From Anaerovoracaceae bacterium (GTDB taxonomy: Bacteria > Bacillota > Clostridia > Peptostreptococcales > Anaerovoracaceae): a DNA stretch of 64,000 nucleotides. Where the stretch lies: assembly GCA_963678385.1 (NCBI GenBank), contig OY782829.1, positions 781,397 through 845,396 on the forward strand, given 5' to 3'. The notes under the pieces were generated by a model, which worked only from the letters and a program-made list of their open reading frames with translations, had not been told where the DNA came from and searched no databases. The position numbers were made by a program, and so were the translations under genes. Below are positions 1 through 8,949 of the stretch, in pieces; within the stretch, counting starts at the first letter, position 1; each line of letters opens with the position of its first letter.

Positions 1-25
1 GTTCGGAACCTCGTTTACCCATTTC

Positions 26-940
26 TTGCTTGCCTTCATGCTTTGCGCCATCGGCTGGAATCTGGAATCCGGGGCAGGTGATGCTCTGGTCTACGACTCA
101 CTGGTGGAAATCAAGGAAGAAAGCAACTATATGAAGGTCAACGGCAGGATCGAAACGACCTACCAGATCGCACAGGCAGCCGGTCTGGCTATCGGCGGAC
201 TGATTGCCGGGATAAGCTATCATTATCTGTATTACGGACAGATCGTTATCATTGCCGCTTCCGTCGCTGTCGCGCTGCTTTTTACCGAAACGAAGGTGGG
301 CAGGGAGAAAGGGCATGAAGACGTTAAGCAAGGCTTGATCGACTGCCTGAAAAAACAATATGTCGACAGCTTCAGGATCATAAAAGGAAACAACCGCCTG
401 ATCTATATGATCGTATTTTTGAACGCCCTCGGCGTGTTCACAACGACGACGTTCTTCTATATGCAGATCTACTGCAAGGACAACGGAATGAAGGAAAGCG
501 CCATCGGGATCGTATTTGCGGCATCCTGTGTCCTCGGGGCCGTCGGCGGACTTTCCGCCCACCGGATCGAGGGGATCGTAAAGGAGCGGAAGCTGCTGCT
601 TTTGTCGCCGGTGATCTTTATGATCCTGCTCTGGGGGCTGGTCTGGTTCAAGACAGCGCTGATCACTTTTACTTTGATCGGTATGATCGACAGTCTGACG
701 TATGTCGTCTACTTTGACTATGTCAACCGGATGATCCCAAGCGCGGAAAGGGCGACGCTGCTGTCCTTCACCAGCATGGTCTTCAGTTTTTTCATGGTTC
801 TCGTATTTCCTATTTTCGGCAAGATCGGTGATGTTTGGGGCTTGAACTATTCCTTTGGGTTTGTCGCTTGCATTGCCACGGTGCTGGTCCTGATCAATTT
901 ATGCATCCTGATACCGAAGAAAAGGAACGCTGAAGAATAA
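26..940 (+). CDS. MFS transporter, 5' end probably outside the window
   Basis: Multiple hydrophobic helices; GAGDALVYDS and PSAERATLLS loop motifs; frame is open to the window edge. Confidence 0.75.
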   Translation: MLAFMLCAIGWNLESGAGDALVYDSLVEIKEESNYMKVNGRIETTYQIAQAAGLAIGGLIAGISYHYLYYGQIVIIAASVAVALLFTETKVGREKGHEDVKQGLIDCLKKQYVDSFRIIKGNNRLIYMIVFLNALGVFTTTTFFYMQIYCKDNGMKESAIGIVFAASCVLGAVGGLSAHRIEGIVKERKLLLLSPVIFMILLWGLVWFKTALITFTLIGMIDSLTYVVYFDYVNRMIPSAERATLLSFTSMVFSFFMVLVFPIFGKIGDVWGLNYSFGFVACIATVLVLINLCILIPKKRNAEE

Positions 941-947
941 CGCAGAA

Positions 948-976
948 GGGAGACAGAGTCTGTCTCTCCAATTTTT
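948..976 (+). terminator. Intrinsic terminator after MFS gene
   Basis: gagacag-agt-ctgtctc stem followed by a T run. Confidence 0.55.
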
Positions 977-1128
977 TATAACATAGGAAATATCATTTTA
1001 AGATATAGATGATATTTCCGTGTGTTTCAAAGAAAGTACCTTGATTTGCTGCAAGTAGTGCAGCATGGGCGAATAGAAATCTTTGATTTCGTAATTCGCT
1101 CTTTTTTTATTAATTAGGATTTTGTGGA

Positions 1129-1157
1129 TTGATGTTTTTATTTTTCGGTGGTATAAT
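1129..1157 (+). promoter_or_regulatory. Sigma-A promoter of the tRNA pair
   Basis: TTGATG-17 bp-TATAAT with TGn extension, 12 bp upstream of tRNA-Val. Confidence 0.7.
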
Positions 1158-1169
1158 TTCAGCATGCGT

Positions 1170-1244
1170 GGGTGATTAACTCAGTGGTAGAGTGCTTCCG
1201 TCACAAGGAAGAAGCCGTTGGTTCAAGTCCAATATCGCCCACCA
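1170..1244 (+). tRNA. tRNA-Val(CAC)
   Basis: Cloverleaf: acceptor GGGTGAT/ATCGCCC, D arm ACTC/GAGT, anticodon arm CTTCC-GTCACAA-GGAAG, TTCAAGT loop, encoded CCA; G at position 32 is atypical. Confidence 0.88.
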
Positions 1245-1267
1245 ATTCAATTAATGCACCATGATTC

Positions 1268-1343
1268 GGGGAATTAGCTCAGCTGGGAGAGCGCGTGGTT
1301 CGCAATCACGAGGTCAGGGGTTCGATCCCCCTATTCTCCACCA
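1268..1343 (+). tRNA. tRNA-Ala(CGC)
   Basis: Acceptor GGGGAAT/ATTCTCC with G3-U70, anticodon arm CGTGG-TTCGCAA-TCACG, TTCGATC loop, encoded CCA. Confidence 0.95.
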
Positions 1344-1380
1344 AAAAAGATTAGAGTCCTTTAGGGCTCTAATCTTTTTT
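1343..1380 (+). terminator. Terminator after tRNA-Ala
   Basis: aaaaaagattagag...ctctaatctttttt inverted repeat. Confidence 0.85.
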
Positions 1381-1390
1381 ATGCACTGTT

Positions 1391-1548
1391 GGGGGGATCG
1401 AACCCGCAAGGGCGCGACCGTCGGGAGAAAGCCCGGTGGACTTTCGAGTAGGGAACGGTCCAAGCCGACTGAATGAGGAGGCGTAGGACGGAAGCTGCGA
1501 GATCATGGATGGCTGGAGCAGATGCGAATCCCCCTATTCTCCACCAAA
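1391..1548. repeat. tRNA-associated element ending in a copy of the tRNA-Ala 3' end
   Basis: 1528-1548 atccccctattctccaccaaa is identical to 1325-1345; 1391-1405 resembles the reverse complement of the tRNA T arm. Confidence 0.75.
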
Positions 1549-1556
1549 CGAAAGTA

Positions 1557-1600
1557 AAACAAAAGGACTTGAACTCTCGTGGTTGAGTCTTTTTGTTTGT
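1557..1600 (+). terminator. Second terminator after the duplicated tRNA 3' end
   Basis: aaacaaaaggact...agtctttttgttt imperfect inverted repeat with T tail. Confidence 0.65.
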
Positions 1601-1617
1601 GCAATACTCAACAATCA

Positions 1618-1680
1618 ATGTAAAACGTTCTTGACATTTTTGAGTTCACATATATAATAAATGTAAAGACTTATTTACAT
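1618..1680 (+). promoter_or_regulatory. Sigma-A promoter with two palindromic operator-like boxes
   Basis: TTGACA 1631, TATAAT 1653; boxes atgtaaa-N6-ttgacat (1618-1637) and atgtaaa-N6-tttacat (1661-1680). Confidence 0.7.
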
Positions 1681-1693
1681 TTGGAGGTATATC

Positions 1694-2053
1694 ATGAAAT
1701 CGTTTTTTTCAAAATTGGGCTTTCGTAAAATGGATGAAATGGAGAAGGACATTGCTCTTAAAGCACAAAGAAATGCTTTGATTTATGCTCTATTGGCTTT
1801 AGCAATATGGTCTCTCTACGAATCTTTTAAAGTGTATACACAACACACATCTCTCAACTCAGTACCCAGCTTTTTATTAGTAACCACCAGTTTGGTACTG
1901 ATTTTATCACAACTCGTTTTACAAAAAAGAGCTGTAAAAGGTGATGATGAATATAAAGATACAACTCCACTTTTAAAAATTATCGTTGTAGGTGCAATTG
2001 TCGTTGCGATTATTATTTCGATTGGCGCTTGGCTAATCTTCTCCGGGATATAA
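1694..2053 (+). CDS. Small membrane protein (about 3 TM), partner of XRE regulator
   Basis: GGAGG RBS, hydrophobic helices, MDEME...AQRNA N-terminal motif seen in XRE-linked membrane proteins. Confidence 0.75.
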   Translation: MKSFFSKLGFRKMDEMEKDIALKAQRNALIYALLALAIWSLYESFKVYTQHTSLNSVPSFLLVTTSLVLILSQLVLQKRAVKGDDEYKDTTPLLKIIVVGAIVVAIIISIGAWLIFSGI

Positions 2054-2056
2054 AAA

Positions 2057-2248
2057 ATGAAGAATAATATCAAGCAATTAAGAAAAAACAGGGGTTTACG
2101 ACAAGAAGATATCGCTGTCTTATTAAATGTCTCAAGGCAAACAATAATTGCAATAGAAAACAACAAATACAATCCAACGTTGGAACTAGCTATGAAAATG
2201 GCGAGATTATTGGATACGACCATAGAGGAATTATTTATTTTAGAGTAA
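2057..2248 (+). CDS. XRE/Cro-C1 family HTH regulator
   Basis: LRQEDIA..LNVSRQTIIAIENNKYNPTLELA is a classic XRE HTH. Confidence 0.92.
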   Translation: MKNNIKQLRKNRGLRQEDIAVLLNVSRQTIIAIENNKYNPTLELAMKMARLLDTTIEELFILE

Positions 2249-2284
2249 CTTCTTTGTTTGAGCATAAAGCGCAGCAAATACAGA

Positions 2285-3334
2285 TTATGCTTTTATAGCC
2301 CAACGCAATTTAGCAGAACGCGCGCGCCCATTGGTATTGCGTTCCTCTGCTGATGCCCGAATCGGTTCGTCTGCAACTTCACGGTAAACCCCATCACGAA
2401 ACAAGCGCTGAAAAGATTTTTTGACGAGACGATCTTCTCCTGAATGAAAGGAAAGAATTGCAACACGCCCACCCGAAGCAAGTGCTGTGGGGAGTTTTTC
2501 TAAAAATACAGAGAGCACCTCAAATTCATTGTTGACGTCAATTCGCAGTGCTTGAAAGCAACGCTGACAGGATTTTTTGATTTCTTCGCTGCTGTTACTG
2601 CAGGGAATCGATTTCAGTGTGTTCTTGATAATTTGCTGGAGCTGCGTTGTGGTAGCGATGTCGGTTCCTTTTCTGATGGCGGAAACAATCGCGTGGGCGA
2701 TTGCTTTGGCATTTGGTTCGTCTGCATTTTCTCTCAATATACCTTCCAATTCATCCTGTGAAATGGTTTTCAAACGAACTGCGGCGGATTTTCCTTTCTT
2801 GGGATTGAGCCTCAGATCCAATGGCCCTTCCGTCTTAAATGAGAATCCTCTTTCCGGATTGTCTATTTGCATGGACGAGACACCCAAATCAGCCAGAATG
2901 AAATCCAATGGCCCTGATTCGGCAATAATTTGATTGATACTGGAAAAGTTCATTTGCCGAATTGTTAGAATTTCCGGGCCATAACCTAAGCTTTCTAACC
3001 GTGCCCGTGTGCGTGGCAATTCAATGGAATCCACATCAATTGCATACAAGTGTCCTTTCGAATCTAAACACTTCAGTATCTCTAACGTGTGCCCACCATA
3101 GCCTAGCGTTGCATCTAATCCAGTTTGTCCGGGAGTAATTTGTAAGAATTCTAATATTTCATCAACGCAAATGGAACGATGCATACCGGCTGGGGTACTT
3201 CCCTTTTGAATAACTTTTACCACAGTCTCAGCATATTTTTCTGGCTGCAGTTCCTTATACTTTTCTTTATAAGTTTTAGGATGAGTGCCTTTATATCGAA
3301 TTCGTCGCTGATGTTTTTGCTCTTGATTGTCCAT
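2285..3334 (-). CDS. rsmH: RsmH/MraW-family SAM-dependent methyltransferase (paralogue outside the dcw cluster)
   Basis: DATLGYGGH, ADLGVSSMQID, GPLDLR, FQALRI.VN.E, SFHSGEDRLVK, N.RARSAKLR motifs; start set at ATG 3334 behind GGAGG. Confidence 0.85.
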   Translation of the reverse strand: MDNQEQKHQRRIRYKGTHPKTYKEKYKELQPEKYAETVVKVIQKGSTPAGMHRSICVDEILEFLQITPGQTGLDATLGYGGHTLEILKCLDSKGHLYAIDVDSIELPRTRARLESLGYGPEILTIRQMNFSSINQIIAESGPLDFILADLGVSSMQIDNPERGFSFKTEGPLDLRLNPKKGKSAAVRLKTISQDELEGILRENADEPNAKAIAHAIVSAIRKGTDIATTTQLQQIIKNTLKSIPCSNSSEEIKKSCQRCFQALRIDVNNEFEVLSVFLEKLPTALASGGRVAILSFHSGEDRLVKKSFQRLFRDGVYREVADEPIRASAEERNTNGRARSAKLRWAIKA

Positions 3335-3417
3335 TACGTCCTCCGGCATTTTTAATATCATTTTGCAGTAATATTGCAAATCATATAATATCAAATGCAA
3401 TTCATAAAAGCAAACTT

Positions 3418-3540
3418 GCAAGGGCGCGACCGTAAGGCAAAACAAGCAGGGAGTGGTCCGCGCCTGAATGAGGACGAAGGAATCAACTGATCAGAGTATA
3501 TCGCAAATTGGCGATTAGCGTTGAAACAAGGCGATATACG
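3418..3540. repeat. Degenerate second copy of the tRNA-associated element
   Basis: gcaagggcgcgaccgt is identical at 1406-1421 and 3418-3433; ggtcc and ctgaatgagga blocks are shared; gtatatcgc/gcgatatac inverted repeat at 3496-3539. Confidence 0.55.
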
Positions 3541-3671
3541 GATTACCGCTTCGTGAGTTGGCGGGCATCGTCAAGAAAAAAATGGAAAATCTGGGCGCAA
3601 ATTCTTTTTGCCTTTGTTTCCATATGATATACTAAATTCAGGTTTTCTGAGCAGATACAGGAGGTGGTAAT

Positions 3672-4424
3672 ATTAAGAGAAGCATTGGTCAACTAATTGT
3701 TGCGATAGTGATAGTGATTTTTATTGGATTCATTTTATATTTCTTTAATTCTTTTACCGGGAACCCTGTTTCCGCTTTTATCGCATCCCATAAAATAAGA
3801 GACTATGTTGCCATTACTTACCTATCGAGTGATATAGAATTATCCGAAGTCAAATACAATTTTAAAAACAGTGCATATGGCTGCCATGCCCAATCAAGGA
3901 TAAGCGAAGATACAAAATTTTATATCTCATATAGCCATGGCAGGGTCAGCGATGACTATCAATACGAAGTGGCAAACCACTTTACAACCTACCGGCGTCT
4001 TAGTAAAGATTTTAATGACATGGTAACAGGCGTCGTTGAAAAAGGATATCCCCATGAAACCACATTGATCATCGGTGATTTGATTGGCGATACTCAGCAG
4101 CTTACTCCGGATGTGCCATTAAACCTGAAGAATATGCCGCTGCAGTTGTCTTTGACCGTGAGCGTCTTAAGTGATGCCCAGAATGATGATCAGATGGCGG
4201 CCTTGCTCCTGGAACTCCATCAGCTTATGTTGAACAAGGATATTAATATAGACCAATACACAATTCGGCTGGAGGAACCTATGCCGGATGAGAGTAAACC
4301 GGGCAGCGGTAACAATCTGTATTTGGAAAGCTTTCCTGCAAGGAATATAACAGATGATCAAGAAAGACTTGCATCTGTTATTGAAAAGCATCAATTGGAT
4401 ATAAATAAAAATGAAAAGCAGTAG
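3672..4424 (+). CDS. Membrane-anchored hypothetical protein (YfjL-like N-terminus)
   Basis: N-terminal TM followed by FTGNP; AGGAGGT RBS sits 6 nt before an in-frame ATT (ORF track starts at 3708). Confidence 0.65.
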   Translation: MKRSIGQLIVAIVIVIFIGFILYFFNSFTGNPVSAFIASHKIRDYVAITYLSSDIELSEVKYNFKNSAYGCHAQSRISEDTKFYISYSHGRVSDDYQYEVANHFTTYRRLSKDFNDMVTGVVEKGYPHETTLIIGDLIGDTQQLTPDVPLNLKNMPLQLSLTVSVLSDAQNDDQMAALLLELHQLMLNKDINIDQYTIRLEEPMPDESKPGSGNNLYLESFPARNITDDQERLASVIEKHQLDINKNEKQ

Positions 4425-4446
4425 TATTAATTGAGGTTGGTGGGTT

Positions 4447-5319
4447 ATGGAAATCAATTGGTTCCCTTTGGTACTTATTTATATTGTAACGAATGCTACT
4501 TCAAAAATACTGCAGAAAATTATCGTCAGCAATGAAAAAGTCGACGAGATAGCCTTTAGCATCATATTCCTGTTCGCTCCGGGATTTTTAACATTGCCGT
4601 TAATTGTAATTCAACCGATCAGGCTGCCAACGCAGCCCGCAGCGTGGATCGCATTGTTTGTCTCCTGCATTGGCTATGCATGCTGCATGCTGCTATATTT
4701 TTATAGTATGAAGCGGATTGAAATCAGCCAGGTTGAGACAATTGGAACCACAAGAGCAATATGGATGATGGTCTCGGGGATCCTCTTTTTTAATGAAGCA
4801 ATAACCTTGAGCAAAATGATAGGAATTTGTCTTATTATGGCCGCGATCGTTACGGTATATGCCCGGAAAGAGTCCCTGATCGGTTTGGGGAAAACCCATT
4901 TTGCTGTGTTGCTGTATGCTATTATCATAAGCAATTGTTATGCCTTGGATAAATATGCCTTGGGCTATTTTTCACTCGTATTCTTTCAAGTGCTGATTTT
5001 TACAGTGCCCGCTTGTATTACAGCGATCTTTTTCCCGGCTGCGGTGAAAAATATTATTCCCATGTTTAAAACAAAACGAAATACCATTTTTCTGCTGACA
5101 TGTTTTTTATTCCAGGCGGTTTCGGTATTGGCCCTTTATCGGGCCTATCAAATGGGCGGACAATTATCAATTGTCGGGCCGATCGCACAAACAACCACTT
5201 TGGTTACTATTACTGCAGGAATAGTGATCTTGCATGAATATTGGAATTTGAAGAGAAAAATAGCGGGTATTTTACTGGCTTTACTGGGCGTAATTTTCTT
5301 ACGGTTTTTATCATTTTAA
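4447..5319 (+). CDS. EamA/DMT family transporter
   Basis: About 10 TM in two repeats, GILFFNEAIT..KMIGI and GIVILHE...KIAGILL motifs. Confidence 0.88.
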   Translation: MEINWFPLVLIYIVTNATSKILQKIIVSNEKVDEIAFSIIFLFAPGFLTLPLIVIQPIRLPTQPAAWIALFVSCIGYACCMLLYFYSMKRIEISQVETIGTTRAIWMMVSGILFFNEAITLSKMIGICLIMAAIVTVYARKESLIGLGKTHFAVLLYAIIISNCYALDKYALGYFSLVFFQVLIFTVPACITAIFFPAAVKNIIPMFKTKRNTIFLLTCFLFQAVSVLALYRAYQMGGQLSIVGPIAQTTTLVTITAGIVILHEYWNLKRKIAGILLALLGVIFLRFLSF

Positions 5320-5337
5320 AGATATGGAGGGACAGCT

Positions 5338-5679
5338 TTGAACATACAGATATTCGGAAAGTCAAAATGCTTTGATACAAAGAAAGCGGAGCGGTACTTT
5401 AAAGAACGCGGGATCAAATATCAGCTCATTGATGTTACGCAAAAAGGAATGAGCAGAGGTGAATTTAACAGTGTGAAGCAGGCAATCGGCGGAGTTGACG
5501 ACCTGATCGATCAGAACTGTAAGGATAAACAATTGCTGGGGCTGGTCAGGTATCTGAGAGAGGAAGATAAAGATGAGAAAATTCTCGAAAACCCCAAGCT
5601 GATCAAGACGCCGGTCGTTCGTAACGGGAATAAAGCAACGGTTGGTTATTGCGCGGATGTATGGAAAAGCTGGGAATAG
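5338..5679 (+). CDS. ArsC/Spx family thioredoxin-fold protein
   Basis: KCFDTKKAERYFKE and ENPKLIKTPVV motifs. Confidence 0.85.
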   Translation: MNIQIFGKSKCFDTKKAERYFKERGIKYQLIDVTQKGMSRGEFNSVKQAIGGVDDLIDQNCKDKQLLGLVRYLREEDKDEKILENPKLIKTPVVRNGNKATVGYCADVWKSWE

Positions 5680-5720
5680 GGAGACGAAATCTCCGGATTG
5701 GAATTAAAGGGGTAAAAATT

Positions 5721-6311
5721 ATGAACAGGGTATTATTTAAAAATCGTTTGGAGTTCAGAGAATGGCTCACGGAAAATACGCTTTCCGATGAGGGAATCTG
5801 GCTCATATTTAACAAAAAAGGCAACCCGGAAACACTAACAGCAAATGATGCGCTTGAAGAAGCGTTATGCTTTGGATGGATCGACGGCCAAATACAGAGC
5901 ATTGATGAAAATTCATATCTCAAATACTTCAAACAGCGCAGCAAAACAAGCAATTGGTCGGAAAAGAACAAAAACCTTGTTGAAAAACTTGAAGCACAGG
6001 GGCTTATGACCGAATTCGGAAAGGCAAAGATTGAAATTGCTAAATCAAAAGGATGCTGGAACGTTCCAAAGCGTGAACCGCTTACAGTTGAACAATTGCA
6101 ACAATTTGAGGATATGCTGAAATCCCATGAAACAGCTTATGCGAACTTTATAAAAATGCCGCGTTCGGCCCGCGGGGCATACGCCACTTCATATTTTTTC
6201 GGCGCAAAGACTGAGGAAGGAAAACAAAAAAGACTAAATAAGATTATCGAGCGTTTAAATTTAAATTTGAATCCAATGGAAAGCATGAAAAAGAAAGCGG
6301 ATGCGCGTTAA
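5721..6311 (+). CDS. YdeI/OmpD-associated family protein
   Basis: EFREWL, EEALCFGWIDGQ, R.K.SNWSEKNK motifs; start moved to ATG 5721. Confidence 0.85.
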   Translation: MNRVLFKNRLEFREWLTENTLSDEGIWLIFNKKGNPETLTANDALEEALCFGWIDGQIQSIDENSYLKYFKQRSKTSNWSEKNKNLVEKLEAQGLMTEFGKAKIEIAKSKGCWNVPKREPLTVEQLQQFEDMLKSHETAYANFIKMPRSARGAYATSYFFGAKTEEGKQKRLNKIIERLNLNLNPMESMKKKADAR

Positions 6312-6362
6312 GACCTCGATATGGTATAATCTAATGAAAATAGCCTACAGACGCACTAATGA

Positions 6363-8852
6363 TTGGAGTATTTCATCTTGCCAAATATGATTCTCAATAC
6401 GAAAGCATTATATTTTAATACCAAAATACAGAATAGTCTCAGCATGCTGCCCGATTACCCCTGTACGCTTATCCAGGCACCGATGGGATACGGCAAAACT
6501 ACAGCAGTTAAAAATCTCATGTCCTCCCTTGAAGCGGATGTGATATGGCAAAGCGTCTATGACCAGGGCGACGCTGAATTCTGGGCCGGGTTCTGCCAGG
6601 CCATATCCAGGATCGACGAAGGCTGCGGTAATCGTTTGAAGAAAATCGGCATACCAAAAGAGAGCCTGATGAAACGCGAAGCCATGTCATTGCTTGAACA
6701 ACTGCATCTGCGGAAAAGGACATTTCTCGTAATTGATGATTATCATTTTGTAAAAACTCCAGAGGTCGATGACTTTCTGGAATTATTTGTCCGCAATATC
6801 CCGGATGAGCTGCATTTGATCATTCTCTCGAGGACGTCCGTTTTCAAGAGCAACAGCGAATTGCAGTTGAAGGGGATCGTCAATCAGATCGGCGTCCAGG
6901 CGCTGCAATTCTCACCTTCTGATATTAAAGAGTACTATTCCCTTTGCGGAATCAAAGTCAACGAAGAAGAACTGTCAGAAATATACAGCCGCACCGAGGG
7001 GTGGATCTCCGCCCTGTATTTGCTCGCGCGGGAATATGAACAACACGGAGCTTTTGTTCTGACGAAAAGTATATCGGAGTTGATTTATCATGCGGTATAC
7101 GAACCGCTGGATGAGGATGTAAAAGCCTTCTTAATGGCCGTATGTCATTTTGATCAGTTCGATCTGAAGCAGGGTGAGTACATGTGGCGCCAGAATGCCG
7201 GGCAATTGCTGGAAAGGCTGATGGAGCGAAATGCATTTATCACCTTTGATCCGGAATGCGGAGGCTATACCTTCCACAACATCTTCTCTTCCTGTCTCAG
7301 GGAGCAGTTTCGTTTGCTCGCAGAAAATAGAAAAAGAGAAATTTGGCATAGAATGGGCGAATTATATCTGAAAAACAAGGAATACCTGCTTTCCATGAGG
7401 AGCTTCGGCAAAGCAGAGGACTATGACGGTTTCCTGACCGCCTTGGAACAAGACAAGGGAGACAGCATTTTTTTCGAACAAAAAGAGCTTTTTATCAAAT
7501 ACTACGATAAGTGTCCGCCCGAAGTGAAAAGAGAGCATCCCGTTGCGATTTTAGTCTATGGAATAATCATGCTGGTCAATTTCAGTGAGTTGGCGTTGTT
7601 TGAAGCAGCTTGTGGAGAGTTCCTGTGGTGCCTTGAAAGCAATCCGGAGCTTGATGCGGAGGAAAAGGACCAGTTGATGGGTGAGTACGAACTAATGCTT
7701 GGTGTTGCAGCCTTCAATGATATGTTTGCAATGGGTGAGCATTTTGCGAAAGCGGAATCACTTCTGAATTCCCCGCCGAAATCCCTCAGCAGCAACAACA
7801 GCTGGACCTTTGGTTCGCCTTCCGTCTTATGTTTGTATCACAGGGAAGCAGGCGCTTTAAAAAATACGATACAATATTATCAAAGCACTCCAAACTATAG
7901 TGCCAGTACCGGCGGACATGGAAACGGCGGAAGCAATCTCATGGCGGCGGAATGGCAATATCATATCGGCGCATTTGAAAACTCCGAGATCCTGACCTAT
8001 AAAGCGATCACTGAGGCGAGAGCAAGTGATCAGAATTTGGATATCGTTCTTTGCGCAAATTTCCTGCTGATGAGGCTGGCTCTGCTGAAAGGCGATTTTC
8101 CTCAGGCCCGGTCATTGCTGCTGCAGATGCGCAAGGAAATAAAAGAAAACCAGGTCTATACGCTGATCTATACCATCGAACTGTGTGACTCGTATCTCCA
8201 TGCCTGCCTTGGCCAGGCTGACAACATCTCGGAATGGCTTATTGAGGAAGAATATTTGAAGAATATGTTTCCCCCGAGTATCGCCTTTGCCAATATTGTT
8301 TTGGGAAAAACGCTGCTGGCACAGAGAAAGGCAGCCAAGCTTCTGGGGCTGTCTGGAGAATTCCTTCAGCAGGCTTCTGTTTTTCCCAACCTGCTGGCGT
8401 CGATCTATACGGAAATCTATGCAGCGGCTGCAAACTGCCAGCTGTCCCGGACGAACGCAGGCGTTAAGGCTCTGAAACGATCGATTGATATGGCTGCGCC
8501 CGATGGTCTCATCATGCCGTTTGTGGAGAATGCGGACGGACTTGAGCGTCTGTTTGATCTTGTGGACCGGGAAGAAATGTACGCGGGGTTTATCAAAGAC
8601 GTCAAGAAAACCGCCAGCCAATACCGTGCGGCTATCGATCAGATCAACCGCGAGCATTTTATGCGAAAGCTCCCCAGACTTACGGCACGGGAAAAGGAAG
8701 TCGCATTGCTTGTCATAGACGGTTTGAACAATAAAGAGATCGGCAGCGCTTTATACATATCGCCGAACACCGTAAAACGCGAATTGAAAAGCATTTTTAT
8801 CAAGCTTGGCATCAACTCCCGGGTACTTCTTAAAAAGGATATGTTCCTTTAA
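6363..8852 (+). CDS. MalT-like large LuxR-family transcriptional regulator
   Basis: Walker A APMGYGKTT, LVIDDYH, TEGWISAL, helical middle region, C-terminal LTAREKEV...NKEIG..LYISPNTVK HTH; exact start uncertain (6378 or 6387 possible). Confidence 0.9.
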   Translation: MEYFILPNMILNTKALYFNTKIQNSLSMLPDYPCTLIQAPMGYGKTTAVKNLMSSLEADVIWQSVYDQGDAEFWAGFCQAISRIDEGCGNRLKKIGIPKESLMKREAMSLLEQLHLRKRTFLVIDDYHFVKTPEVDDFLELFVRNIPDELHLIILSRTSVFKSNSELQLKGIVNQIGVQALQFSPSDIKEYYSLCGIKVNEEELSEIYSRTEGWISALYLLAREYEQHGAFVLTKSISELIYHAVYEPLDEDVKAFLMAVCHFDQFDLKQGEYMWRQNAGQLLERLMERNAFITFDPECGGYTFHNIFSSCLREQFRLLAENRKREIWHRMGELYLKNKEYLLSMRSFGKAEDYDGFLTALEQDKGDSIFFEQKELFIKYYDKCPPEVKREHPVAILVYGIIMLVNFSELALFEAACGEFLWCLESNPELDAEEKDQLMGEYELMLGVAAFNDMFAMGEHFAKAESLLNSPPKSLSSNNSWTFGSPSVLCLYHREAGALKNTIQYYQSTPNYSASTGGHGNGGSNLMAAEWQYHIGAFENSEILTYKAITEARASDQNLDIVLCANFLLMRLALLKGDFPQARSLLLQMRKEIKENQVYTLIYTIELCDSYLHACLGQADNISEWLIEEEYLKNMFPPSIAFANIVLGKTLLAQRKAAKLLGLSGEFLQQASVFPNLLASIYTEIYAAAANCQLSRTNAGVKALKRSIDMAAPDGLIMPFVENADGLERLFDLVDREEMYAGFIKDVKKTASQYRAAIDQINREHFMRKLPRLTAREKEVALLVIDGLNNKEIGSALYISPNTVKRELKSIFIKLGINSRVLLKKDMFL

Positions 8853-8864
8853 CTGATAAAATTA

Positions 8865-8908
8865 TGACCCACTGGGTAATAGCCGGTCATTATGATCCGC
8901 CTTACACT
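8865..8908 (+). promoter_or_regulatory. Operator palindrome + promoter for the DUF2442 gene
   Basis: tgaccca-c-tgggtaa, with TACACT -10 starting 24 bp after the palindrome end. Confidence 0.65.
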
Positions 8909-8930
8909 TAAAGTAAGGCGGATTTTTTAT
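8895..8930 (+). terminator. Terminator of the regulator gene
   Basis: atccgccttac...gtaaggcggat followed by T run. Confidence 0.8.
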
Positions 8931-8949
8931 TGTCGGAAGGAGTTTTCAC

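Noticed and set aside
1440-1500. Hammerhead ribozyme suggested by ctgaatgag
   Set aside because: The core does not match CUGANGA and no correctly placed GAAA or three-stem junction was found
3335-3445. Extended N-terminus of RsmH, and similar upstream extensions at 5649, 16525, 48180 and 53847
   Set aside because: Internal ATGs with clear RBS give family-typical starts; the extensions run through promoter or neighbouring gene sequence
1325-3540. Prophage or ICE integrated at tRNA-Ala
   Set aside because: No integrase, relaxase or phage genes anywhere in the window, and the att-like copy is only about 200 bp from the tRNA
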